DNA of 64,000 bases. Origin: the human T2T-CHM13v2.0 reference genome, Homo sapiens. The translations under genes were made by a program, and so were the position numbers. Positions 1 to 11,818 of this stretch are shown piece after piece. The notes under the pieces were generated by a model that saw nothing but the letters and a program-made list of their open reading frames with translations, searched no databases and was not told the DNA's origin. Positions within the stretch are counted from its first letter, which is position 1, and every line of letters begins with the position of its first letter. The DNA lies in NCBI RefSeq assembly GCF_009914755.1, contig NC_060938.1; one strand, written 5' to 3'.

Positions 1-1439
1 AACTCTGTGACTTGAATGCACATATCACAAAGAAGTTTCTGAGAATGCTTCTGTCGAGATTTTATATGAAGATATGCCCGTTTCCAACGAAATCCTGAAA
101 TCTATCCAAATATCCCCTCGCAGATTCTACAAAAAGAGTGTTTCAAAACTGCTCTGTAAAAAGAAAGGTTCAACTCTGTTAGTTGAGTACACACATCACA
201 AACAAGTTTCACAGAATGCTTCTTTCTACCTGGTAGGGGAAGATATTCCCTTTATCACCATGGGCCTCAAACCGTCCGAAACGTCCACTTCCATATACTA
301 CAAAAAGAGCGTTTCAAACCTGCTCTATGAAAGGCAATGTTCAACTCTGTGACTTGAATGCAGACATCACAGAGCAGTTTCTGAGAATGCTTCTGTCTAG
401 ATTTCATAAGAAGATATTCCCGTTTCCAACGAAATCTTCACAGCTATCCAAATATCCACTTGGAGATTCTACAAAAAGAGTGTATCAAAACTGCTCTGTC
501 AAAAGGAAGGTTCTTCTCTGTTAGGTGAGTGCATACGTCATAAAGGAGTTTCTGAGAATGTATCTGTCTAGTGGTTATGGGAAGATATTTGCTTTTTCAC
601 CGTAGGCCTCAGAGCGCTCCAAATATCCACTTGCACATACTACAAAAAGAGTGCTTCAAAGCTGCTCTCTGAAAGGGAATGTTCAACTCTATGAGTTGAA
701 TGCAAACATCACAAAGACGTTTCTGAGAATGCTTCTGTCTAGATTTGATATGAAGATATTCCCGTTACCAACGAAATCTTCAAATCTATCCAAATGTCCA
801 CTTGCAGATTCAACAAAAAGTGTTTTTCAAAACTGCTGTATCAAAAGAAAGATCCACGTCTGTTAGCTGAGTTCACACATCACAAACAAGTTTATGAGAA
901 TGCTTCTGTCCAGTTTTTATTTGAAGATATTTCCTTTCTCACCATAGACCTGAAAGCTGTCCTAATGTTCACTTCCAGATACTACAGAAAGAGTGTTTCA
1001 AAACTGCTGTACGAAAGGGAATGTTCAACTCTGTGACTTGAATGCACACATCACAAAGAAGTTTCTGAGGATGCTGCTGTCTACTTTTTATACGTAATCC
1101 TGTTTCCAACGAAATCCTCCAAGCTATCCAAATATCCACTTGCAGATTCCACAGAAAGACTGTTTCAAAACTGCTCTGTCAATAGAAAGGTTCAACTCTG
1201 TTAGCTGCGTGCATGTATCCCAAAGAGGATTCTGAGATTGCTTCTGTCTAGTTTTTATGGGAAGATATTTCCCTTTTGACCGTAGGCGTCAAGGCGCTCC
1301 AAATGTCCACTTCCAGATACTACAAAAAGAGTGTTTCAAACCTACTCTGTGAAAGGGAATATTCAACTCTGTGACTTGAATGCAGATATCACAAAGAAGT
1401 TTCTGAGAATGCTTCTGTCGAGATTTTATATGAAGATAT

Positions 1440-1456
1440 TCCCGTTTCCAACGAAA
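1440..1456 (-). promoter_or_regulatory. CENP-B box (monomer B1, representative; about 4 per HOR across the window)
   Basis: + strand tcccgtttccaacgaaa = minus TTTCGTTGGAAACGGGA, matching nTTCGnnnnAnnCGGGn. Confidence 0.97.
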
Positions 1457-1781
1457 TCCTGAAATCTATCCAAATATCCCCTCGCAGATTCTACAAAAAG
1501 CGTGTTTCAAAACTGCTCTGTAAAAAGAAAGGTTCAACTCTGTTAGTTGAGTACACACATCACAAACAAGTTTCACAGAATGCTTCTTTCTAGCTGGTAG
1601 GGGAAGATATTCCCTTTATCACCATTGGCCTCAAACCGTCCGAAACGTCCACTTCCATATACTACAAAAAGAGCGTTTCAAACCTGCTCTATGAAAGGCA
1701 ATGTTCAACTCTGTGACTTGAATGCAGACATCACAGAGCAGTTTCTGAGAATCCTTCTGTCTAGATTTTATAGGAAGATAT

Positions 1782-1798
1782 TCCCGTTTCCAACGAAA
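1782..1798 (-). promoter_or_regulatory. CENP-B box (monomer B2, representative)
   Basis: tcccgtttccaacgaaa, 342 bp after the B1 box. Confidence 0.97.
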
Positions 1799-2123
1799 TC
1801 TTCACAGCTATCCAAATATCCACTTGCAGATTCCACAAAAAGAGTGTATCAAAAATGCTCTGTCAAAAGGAAGGTTCTTCTCTGTTAGTTGAGTACATAC
1901 GCCATAAAGGAGTTTCTGAGAATGTTTCTGTCTACTGGTTATGGGAAGATATTTGCTTTTTCACCGTAGGCCTCAGAGCGCTCCAAATATCCACTTGCAC
2001 ATACTACAAAAAGAGTGCTTCAAAGCTGCTCTCTGAAAGGGAATGTTCAACTCTATGAGTTGAATGGAAACATCACAAAGACGTTTCTGAGAATGCTTCT
2101 GTCTAGATTTGATATGAAGATAT

Positions 2124-2140
2124 TCCCGTTTCCAACGAAA
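2124..2140 (-). promoter_or_regulatory. CENP-B box (monomer B3, representative)
   Basis: tcccgtttccaacgaaa, 342 bp after the B2 box. Confidence 0.97.
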
Positions 2141-2461
2141 TCTTCAAATCTATCCAAATGTCTACTTGCAGATTCAACAAAAAGTGTTTTTCAAAACTGC
2201 TGTATCAAAAGAAAGATCCACGTCTGTTAGCTGAGTTCACACATCACAAACAAGTTTATGAGAATGCTTCTGTCTAGTTTTTATTTGAAGATATTTCCTT
2301 TCTCACCATAGACCTGAAAGCTGTCCTAATGTTCACTTCCAGATACTACAGAAAGAGTGTTTCAAAACTGCTGTACGAAAGGGAATGTTCAACTCTGTGA
2401 CTTGAATGCAGACATCACAAAGAAGTTTCTGAGGATGCTGCTGTCTACTTTTTATACGTAA

Positions 2462-2478
2462 TCCCGTTTCCAACGAAA
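2462..2478 (-). promoter_or_regulatory. CENP-B box (monomer B4, representative)
   Basis: tcccgtttccaacgaaa, 338 bp after the B3 box. B4 has a shortened upstream segment (tttttatacgtaa). Confidence 0.97.
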
Positions 2479-2632
2479 TCCTCCTAGCTATCCAAATATC
2501 TACTTGCAGATTCCACAGAAAGACTATTTCAAAACTGCACTGTCAATAGAAAGGTTCAACTCTGTTAGCTGCGTGCATATATCCCAAAGAAGATTCTGAG
2601 ATTGCTGCTGTCTAGTTTTTATGGGAAGATAT

Positions 2633-2649
2633 TTCCCTTTTCACCGTAG
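2633..2649 (-). promoter_or_regulatory. pJalpha-type box in an A-type monomer (representative)
   Basis: + ttcccttttcaccgtag = minus CTACGGTGAAAAGGGAA, at the position homologous to the CENP-B box in the alternate monomers. Confidence 0.75.
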
Positions 2650-5600
2650 GCGTCAAGGCGCTCCAAATGTCCACTTCCAGATACTACAAAAAGAGTGTTT
2701 CAAACCTACTCTGTGAAAGGAAGGTTAGGTCAACTAACTCTGTTAGTTGAGTACATACGTCATAAAGGAGTTTCTGAGAATGTTTCTGTCTAGTGGTTAT
2801 GGGAAGATATTTGCTTTTTCACCGTAGGCCTCAGAGCGCTCCAAATATCCACTTGCACATACTACAAAAAGAGTGCTTCAAAGCTGCTCTCTGAAAGGGA
2901 ATGTTCCACTCTATGAGTTGAATGCAAACATCACAAAGACGTTTCTGAGAATGCTTCTGTCTAGATTTGATATGAAGATATTCCCGTTTCCAAGGAAATC
3001 TTCAAATCTATCCAAATGTCCACTTTCAGATTCAACAAAAGTGTTTTTCAAAACTGCTGTATCAAAAGAAAGATCCACGTCTGTTAGCTGAGTTCACACA
3101 TCACAAACAAGTTTATGAGAATGCTTCTGTCTAGTTTTTATTTGAAGATATTTCCTTTCTCACCATAGACCTGAAAGCTGTCCTAATGTTCACTTCCAGA
3201 TACTACAGAAAGAGTGTTTCAAAACTGCTGTACGAAAGGGAATGTTCAACTCTGTGACTTGAATGCACACATCACAAAGAAGTTTCTGAGGATGCTGCTG
3301 TCTACTTTTTATACGTAATCCCGATTCCAACGAAATCCTCCAAGCTATCCAAATATCTACTTGCAGATTCCACAGAAAGACTATTTCAAAACTGCTCTGT
3401 CAATAGAAAGGTTCAACTCTGTTAGCTGCGTGCATATATCCCAAAGAAGATTCTGAGATTGCTGCTGTCTAGTTTTTATGGGAAGATATTTCCCTTTTCA
3501 CCGTAGGCGTCAAGGCGCTCCAAATGTCCACTTCCAGATACTACAAAAAGAGTGTTTCAAACCTACTCTGTGAAAGGGAATATTCAACTCTGTGACTTGA
3601 ATGCACATATCACAAAGAAGTTTCTGAGAATGCTTCTGTCGAGATTTTATATGAAGATATTCCCGTTTCCAACGAAATCCTGAAATCTATCCAAATATCC
3701 CCTCGCAGATTCTACAAAAAGAGTGTTTCAAAACTGCTCTGTAAAAAGAAAGGTTCAACTCTGTTAGTTGAGTACACACATCACAAACAAGTTTCACAGA
3801 ATGCTTCTTTCCAGCTGGTAGGGGAAGATATTCCCTTTATCACCATGGGCCTCAAACCGTCCGAAACGTCCACTTCCATATACTACAAAAAGAGGGTTTC
3901 AAACCTGCTCTATGAAAGGCAATGTTCAACTCTGTGACTTGAATGCAGACATCACAGAGCAGTTTCTGAGAATACTTCTGTCTAGATTTTATAGGAAGAT
4001 ATTCCCGTTTCCAACGAAATCTTCACAGCTATCCAAATATCCACTTGCAGATTCTACAAAAAGAGTGTATCAAAAATGCTCTGTCAAAAGGAAGGTTCTT
4101 CTCTGTTAGTTGAGTACATACGTCATAAAGGAGTTTCTGAGAATGTTTCTGTCTAGTGGTTATGGGAAGATATTTGCTTTTTCACCATAGGCCTCAGAGC
4201 GCTCCAAATATCCACTTGCACATACTACAAAAAGAGTGCTTCAAAGCTGCTCTCTGAAAGGGAATGTTCAACTCTATGAGTTGAATGCAAACATCACAAA
4301 GACGTTTCTGAGAATGCTTCTGTCTATATTTGATATGAAGATATTCCCGTTTCCAACGAAATCTTCAAATCTATCCAAATGTCCACTTGCAGATTCAACA
4401 AAAAGTGTTTCTCAGAACTGCTCTATCAAAAGAAAGATCCACCTCCGTTAGCTGAGTTCACACATCACAAACAAGTTTATGAGAATGCTTCTGTCTAGTT
4501 TTTATTTGAAGATATTTCCTTTCTCACCATAGAGCTGAAAGCTGTCCTAATGTTCACTTCCAGATACTACAGAAAGAGTGTTTCAAAACTGCTGTACGAA
4601 AGGGAATGTTCAACTCTGTGACTTGAATGCACACATCACAAAGAAGTTTCTGAGGATGCTGCTGTCTACTTTTTATACGTAATCCCGTTTCCAACGAAAT
4701 CCTCCAATCTATCCAAATATCCACTTGCAGATTCCACAGAAAGACTTTTTCAAAACTGCTCTGTCAATAGAAAGGTTCAACTCTGTTAGCTGCGTGCATG
4801 TATCCCAAAGAAGATTCTCAGATTGCTGCTGTCTAGTTTTTATGGGAAGATATTTCCCTTTTCACCGTAGGCGTCAAGGCGCTCCAAATGACCACTTCCA
4901 GATACTACAAAAAGAGTGTTTCAAACCTACTCTGTGAAAGGGAATATTCAACTCTGTGACTTGAATGCAGATATCACAAAGAAGTTTCTGAGAATTCTTC
5001 TGTCGAGATTTTATATGAAGATATTCCCGTTTCCAACGAAATCCTGAAATCTATCCAAATATCCCCTCGCAGATTCTACAAAAAGAGTGTTTCAAAACTG
5101 CTCTGTAAAAAGAAAGGTTCAACTCTGTTAGTTGAGTACACACATCACAAACAAGTTTCACAGAATGCTTCTTTCTAGCTGGTAGGGGAAGATATTCGCT
5201 GTATCACCATGGGCCTCAAAACGTCCGAAACGTCCACTTCCATATACTACAAAAAGAGCGTTTCAAACCTGCTCTATGAAAGGCAATGTTCAACTCTGTG
5301 TCTTGAATGCAGACATCACACAGCAGTTTCTGAGAATGCTTCTGTCTAGATTTTATAGGAAGATATTCCCGTTTCCAACGAAATCTTCACAGCTATCCAA
5401 ATATCCACTTGCAGATTCTACAAAAAGAGTGTATCAAAACTGCTCTGTCAAAAGGAAGGTTCTTCTCTGTTAGTTGAGTACATACGTCATAAAGGAGTTT
5501 CTGAGAATGTTTCTGTCTAGTGGTTATGGGAAGATATTTGCTTTTTCACCTTAGGCCTCAGAGCGCTCCAAATATCCACTTGCACATACTACAAAAACAG

Positions 5601-8600
5601 TGCTTCAAAGCTGCTCTCTGAAAGGGAATGTTCAACTCTATGAGTTGAATGCAAACATCACAAAGACGTTTCTGAGAAGCTTCTGTCTAGATTTGATATG
5701 AAGATATTCCCGTTTCCAACGAAATCTTCAAATCTATCCAAATGTCCACTTGCAGATTCAACAAAAAGTGTTTTTCAGAACTGCTCTATCAAAAGAAAGA
5801 TCCACCTCCGTTAGCTGAGTTCACACATCACAAACAAGTTTATGAGAATGCTTCTGTCTAGTTTTTATTTGAAGATATTTCCTTTCTCACCATAGAGCTG
5901 AAAGCTGTCCTAATGTTCACTTCCAGATACTACAGAAAGAGTGTTTCAAAACTGCTGTACGAAAGGGAATGTTCAACACTGTGACTTGAATGCACACATC
6001 ACAAAGAAGTTTCTGAGGATGCTGCAGTCTACTTTTTATACGTAATCCCGTTTCCAACGAAATCCTCCAATCTATCCAAATATCCACTTGCAGATTCCAC
6101 AGAAAGACTGTTTCAAAACTGCTCTGTCAATAGAAAGGTTCAACTCTGTTAGCTGCGTGCATATATCCCAAAGAAGATTCTAAGATTGCTGCTGTCTAGT
6201 TTTTATGGGAAGATATTTCCCTTTTCACCGTAGGCGTCAAGGCGCTCCAAATGACCACTTCCAGATACTACAAAAAGAGTGTTTCAAACCTACTCTGTGA
6301 AAGGGAATATTCAACTCTGTGACTTGAATGCAGATATCACAAAGAAGTTTCTGAGAATGCTTCTGTCGAGATTTTATATGAAGATATTCCCGTTTCCAAC
6401 GAAATCCTGAAATCTATCCAAATATCCCCTCGCAGATTCTACAAAAAGAGTGTTTCAAAACTGCTCTGTAAAAAGAAAGGTTCAACTCTGTTAGTTGAGT
6501 ACACACATCACAAACAAGTTTCACAGAAGGCTTCTTTCTAGCTGGTAGGGGAAGATATTCGCTGTATCACCATGGGCCTCAAACCGTCCGAAACGTCCAC
6601 TTCCATATACTACAAAAAGAGCGTTTCAAACCTGCTCTATGAAAGGCAATGTTCAACTCTGTGTCTTGAATGCAGACATCACACAGCAGTTTCTGAGAAT
6701 GCTTCTGTCTAGATTTTATAGGAAGATATTCCCATTTCCAACGAAATCTTCACAGCTATCCAAATATCCACTTGCAGATTCTACAAAAAGAGTGTATCAA
6801 AACTGCTCTGTCAAAAGGAAGGTTCTTCTCTGTTAGTTGAGTACATACGTCATAAAGGAGTTTCTGAGAATGTTTCTGTCTAGTGGTTATGGGAAGATAT
6901 TTGCTTTTTCACCGTAGGCCTCAGAGCGCTCCAAATATCCACTTGCACATACTACAAAAAGAGTGCTTCAAAGCTGCTCTCTGAAAGGGAATGTTCAACT
7001 CTATGAGTTGAATGCAAACATCACAAAGACGTTTCTGAGAATGCTTCTGTCTAGATTTGATATGAAGATATTCCCGTTTCCAACGAAATCTTCAAATCTA
7101 TCCAAATGTCCACTTGCAGATTCAACAAAAAGTGTTTTTCTGAACTGCTCTATCAAAAGAAAGATCCACCTCTGTTAGCTGAGTTCACACATCACAAACA
7201 AGTTTATGAGAATGCTTCTGTCTAGTTTTTATTTGAAGATATTTCCTTTCTCACCATAGACCTGAAAGCTGTCCTAATGTTCACTTCCAGATACTACAGA
7301 AAGAGTGTTTCAAAACTGCTGTACGAAAGGGAATGTTCAACTCTGTGACTTGAATGCACACATCACAAAGTAGTTTCTGAGGATGCTGCTGTCTACTTTT
7401 TATACGTAATCCCGTTTCCAACGAAATCCTCCAAGCTATCCAAATATCCACTTGCAGATTCCACAGAAAGACTGTTTCAAAACTGCTCTGTCAATAGAAA
7501 GGTTCAACTCTGTTAGCTGCGTGCATATATCCTAAAGAGGATTCTGAGATTGCTTCTGTCTAGTTTTTATGGGAAGATATTTCCCTTTTCACCGTAGGTG
7601 TCAAGGCGCTCCAAATGTCCACTTCCAGATACTACAAAAAGAGTGTTTCAAACCTACTCTGTCAAAGGGAATATTCAACTCTGTGACTTGAATGCAGATA
7701 TCACAAAGAAGTTTCTGAGAATGCTTCTGTCGAGATTTTATATGAAGATATTCCCGTTTCCAATGAAATCCTGAAATCTATCCAAATATCCCCTCGCAGA
7801 TTCTACAAAAAGAGTGTTTCAAAACTGCTCTGTAAAAAGAAAGGTTCAACTCTGTTAGTTGAGTACACACATCACAAACAAGTTTCACAGAATGCTTCTT
7901 TCTAGCTTGTAGGGGAAGATATTTCCTTTATCACCATCATCCTCAAACCATCCGAATCGTCCACTTCCATATACTAAAAAAAGAGTGTTTGAAACCTGCT
8001 CTATGAAAGGCAATGTTCAACTCTGTGACTTGAATGCAGACATCACAGAGCAGTTTCTGAGAATGCTTCTCTCCAGACTTTATAGGAAGATATTCCCGTT
8101 TAAAACGAAATCTTCACAGCTATCCAAATATCCACTTGCAGATACTACAAAAAGAGTGTATCAAAAGTGCTCTGTCAAAAGGAAAGTTCTTCTCTGCTAG
8201 TTGAGTACATACGTCATAAAGAAGTTTCTGAGAATGTTTCTGTCTAGTGGTTATGGGAGATATTTGCTTTTTCCCCGTAGGCCTCAAAGCGCTCCAATTG
8301 TCCACTTGCACATACCACAAAAAGAGTTCTTCAAAGCTGCACTCTGAAAGGGAATGTTCAACTCTATGAGTTGAATGCAAACATCACAAAAACGTTTCTG
8401 AGAATGCTTCTGTCTAGATTTGATATGAAGATATTCCCGTTTCCAACGAAATCTTCAAATCTATCCAAATGTCCACTTGCAGATTCAACAAAGTGTTTTT
8501 CAAAACTGCTGTATCAAAAGAAAGATCCACCTCTGTTAGCTGAGTTCACACTTCACAAACAAGTTTATCAGAAAGCTTCTGTCTAGCTTTTATTTGAAGA

Positions 8601-10454
8601 TATATCCTTTCTCACAATATACCTGAAAGCTCTCTTAAAGTTCACTTCCAGATACTACAGAAAGAGTGTTTCAAAACTGCTGTATGAAAGGGAATGTTCA
8701 ACTCTGTGACTTGAATGCACATATCACAAAGAAGTTTCTGAGGATGCTGCTGTCTACTTTTTATACGTAATCCTGTTTCCAACGAAATCCTCCAAGCTAT
8801 CCAAATATCCACTTGCAGATTCCACAGAAAGACTGTTTCAAACCTGCTCTGTCAATAGAAAGGTTCAACTCTGTTAGCTACGTGCATATATCCCAAAGAA
8901 GATTCTGAGATTGCTTCTGTCTAGTTTTTATGGGAAGAGATTTCCCTTCTCACCATAGACGTCAAGGCGCTCCAAAAGTCCACTTCTAGATACTACAAAA
9001 AGAGTGTTTCAAACCTACTCTGTGAAAGGGAATATTCAACTCTGTGACTTCAATGCAGATATCACAAAGAAGTTTCTGAGAATGCTTCTGTCGAGATTTT
9101 ATATGAAGATATTCCCGTTTCCAACGAAATCCTGAAATCTATCCAAATATCCCCTCGCAGATTCTACAAAAAGAGTGTTTCAAAACTGCTCTGTAAAAAG
9201 AAAGGTTCAACTCTGTTAGTTGAGTACACACATCACAAACAAGTTTCACAGAATGCTTCTTTCTAGCTTGTAGGGGAAGATATTTCCTTTATCACCATGG
9301 TTCTCAAACCGTCCGAAACGTCCACTTCCATATACTAAAAAAAGAGTGTTTGAAACCTGCTCTATGAAAGGCAATGTTCAACTCTGTGACTTGAATGCAG
9401 ACATCACAGAGCAGTTTCTGAGAATGCTTCTGTCCAGACTTTATAGGAAGATATTCCCGTTTCCAACGAAATCTTCACAGCTATCCAAATATCCACTTGC
9501 AGATAGTACAAAAAGAGTGTATCAAAAATGCTCTGTCAAAAGGAAAGTTCTTCTCTGCTAGTTGAGTACATACGTCATAAAGAAGTTTCTGAGAATGCTT
9601 CTGTCTAGTGGTTATGGGAAGATATTTGCTTTTTCCCCGTAGGCCTCAGAGCGCTCCAAATGTCCACTTGCGCATGCTACAAAAAGAGTGCTTCAAAGCT
9701 GCTCTCTGAAACGGAATGTTCAACTCTATGAGTTGAATGCAAACATCACAAAGATGTTTCTGAGAATGCTTCTGTCTAGATTTGATATGAAGATATTCCC
9801 GTTTCCAACGAAATCTTCAAATCTATCCAAATGTCCACTTGCAGATTCAACAAATAGTGTTTTTCAAAACTGCTGTATCAAAAGAAAGATCCACCTCTGT
9901 TAGCTGAGTTCACACATCACAAACAAGTTTATGAGAATGCTTCTGTCTAGTTTTTATTTGAAGATATTTCCTTTCTCACCATATACCTGAAACCTGTCCT
10001 AATGTTCACTTCCAGATACTACAGAAAGAGTGTTTCAAAACTGCTGTACGAAAGGGAATGTTCAACTCTGTGACTTGAATGCACACATCACAAAGAAGAT
10101 TCTGAGGATGCTGCTGTCTACTTTTTATACGTAATCCCGTTTCCAACGAAATCCTCCAAGCTATCCAAATATCCACTTGCAGATTCCACAGAAAGACTGT
10201 TTCAAAACTGCTCTGTCAATAGAAAGGTTCAACTCTGTTAGCTGCGCGCATATATCCCAAAGAAGATTCTGAGATTGCTTCTGTCTAGTTTTTATGGGAA
10301 GATATTTCCCTTTTCACCGTAGGCGTCAAGGCGCCCCAAATGTCCACTTCCACATACTACAAAAAGAGTGTTTCAAACCTACTCTGTGAAAGGGAATATT
10401 CAACTCTGTGACTTGAATGCAGATATCACAAAGAAGTTTCTGAGAATGCTTCTG

Positions 10455-11818
10455 TCGAGATTTTATATGAAAATATTCCCGTTCCCAACGAAATCCTGAA
10501 ATCTATCCAAATATCCCCTCGCAGATTCTACAAAAAGAGTGTTTCAAAACTGCTCTGTAAAAAGAAAGGTTCAACTCTGTTAGTTGAGTACACACATCAC
10601 AAACAAGTTTCACAGAATGCTTCTTTCTAGCTTGTAGGGGAAGATATTCCCTTTATCACCATGGGCCTCAAACCGTCCGAAACGTCCACTTCCATATACT
10701 ACAAAAAGAGCGTTTCAAACCTGCTCTATGAAAGGCAATGTTCAACTCTGTGACTTGAATGCAGACATCACAGAGCAGTTTCTGAGAATGCTTCTGTCTA
10801 GATTTTATAGGAAGATATTCCCGTTTACAACGAAATCTTCACAGCTATCCAAATATCCACTTGCAGATTCTACAAAAAGAGTGTATCAAAACTGCTCTGT
10901 CAAAAGGAAGGTTCTTCTCTGTTAGTTGAGTACATACGTCATAAAGGAGTTTCTGAGAATGTTTCTGTCTAGTGGTTATGGGAAGATATTTGCTTTTTCA
11001 CCGTAGGCCTCAGAGCGCTCCAAATATCCACTTGCACATACTACAAAAAGAGTGCTTCAAAGCTGCTCTCTGAAAGGGAATTTTCAACTCTATGAGTTGA
11101 ATGCAAACATCACAAAGCCGTTTCTGAGAATGCTTCTGTCTAGATTTGATATGAAGATATTCCCGTTTCCAACGAAATCTTCAAATCTATCCAAATGTCC
11201 ACTTGCAGATTCAGCAAAAAGTGTTTTTCAGAACTGCTCTATCAAAAGAAAGATCCACCTCTGTTAGCTGAGTTCACACATCACAAACAAGTTTATGAGA
11301 ATGCTTCTGTCTAGTTTTTATTTGAAGATATTTCCTTTCTCACCATACACCTGAAACCTGTCCTAATGTTCACTTCCAGATACTACAGAAAGAGTGTTTC
11401 AAAACTGCTGTACGAAAGGGAATGTTCAACTCTGTGACTTGAATGCACACATCACAAAGAAGTTTCTGAGGATGCTGCTGTCTACTTTTTATACATAATC
11501 CCGTTTCCAACGAAATCCTCCAAGCTATCCAAATATCCACTTGCAGATTCCACAGAAAGACTGTTTCAAAACTGCTCTGTCAAAAGAAAGGTTCAACTCT
11601 GTTAGCTACGTGCATATATCCCAAAGAAGATTCTGAGATAGCTTCTGTCTAGTTTTTATGGGAAGATATTTCCCTTTTCACCGTAGGTGTCAAGGCGCTC
11701 CAAATGTCCACTTCCAGATACTACAAAAAGAGTGTTTCAAACCTACTCTGTGAAAGGGAATATTCAACTCTGTGACTTGAATGCAGATATCAGAAAGAAG
11801 TTTCTGAGAATGCTTCTG
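10455..11818 (-). repeat. Representative canonical 8-mer HOR unit (B1-A1-B2-A2-B3-A3-B4-A4), 1364 bp
   Basis: TaqI site in tgTCGAgat at 10455 and again at 11819. Monomer signatures in order: B1 aaatcctgaaatc, A1 tagcttgtagggg, B2 aaatcttcacagc, A2 gtggttatggg, B3 aaatcttcaaatc, A3 tttatttgaag, B4 tatac.taatccc, A4 tttatgggaagatatttccc. Confidence 0.95.

Larger units (their letters stand above)
1871..3577. repeat. Out-of-register HOR structural variant: a 5-monomer unit (857 bp) repeated in tandem, junction at 2716-2750
   Basis: Landmark spacing 1691 to 3912 is 2221 = 1364+857. The A4 sequence ctctgtgaaagg joins aaggtt...ctctgttagttgagtacatacg, skipping 514 bp. Both halves share private SNVs (aatatctacttg, agactatttc). 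Confidence 0.9.

Noticed and set aside
8094-8110. Altered CENP-B box tcccgtttaaaacgaaa
   Set aside because: The double substitution hits non-essential positions and the nine core bases are retained, so it is not counted as a lost box.
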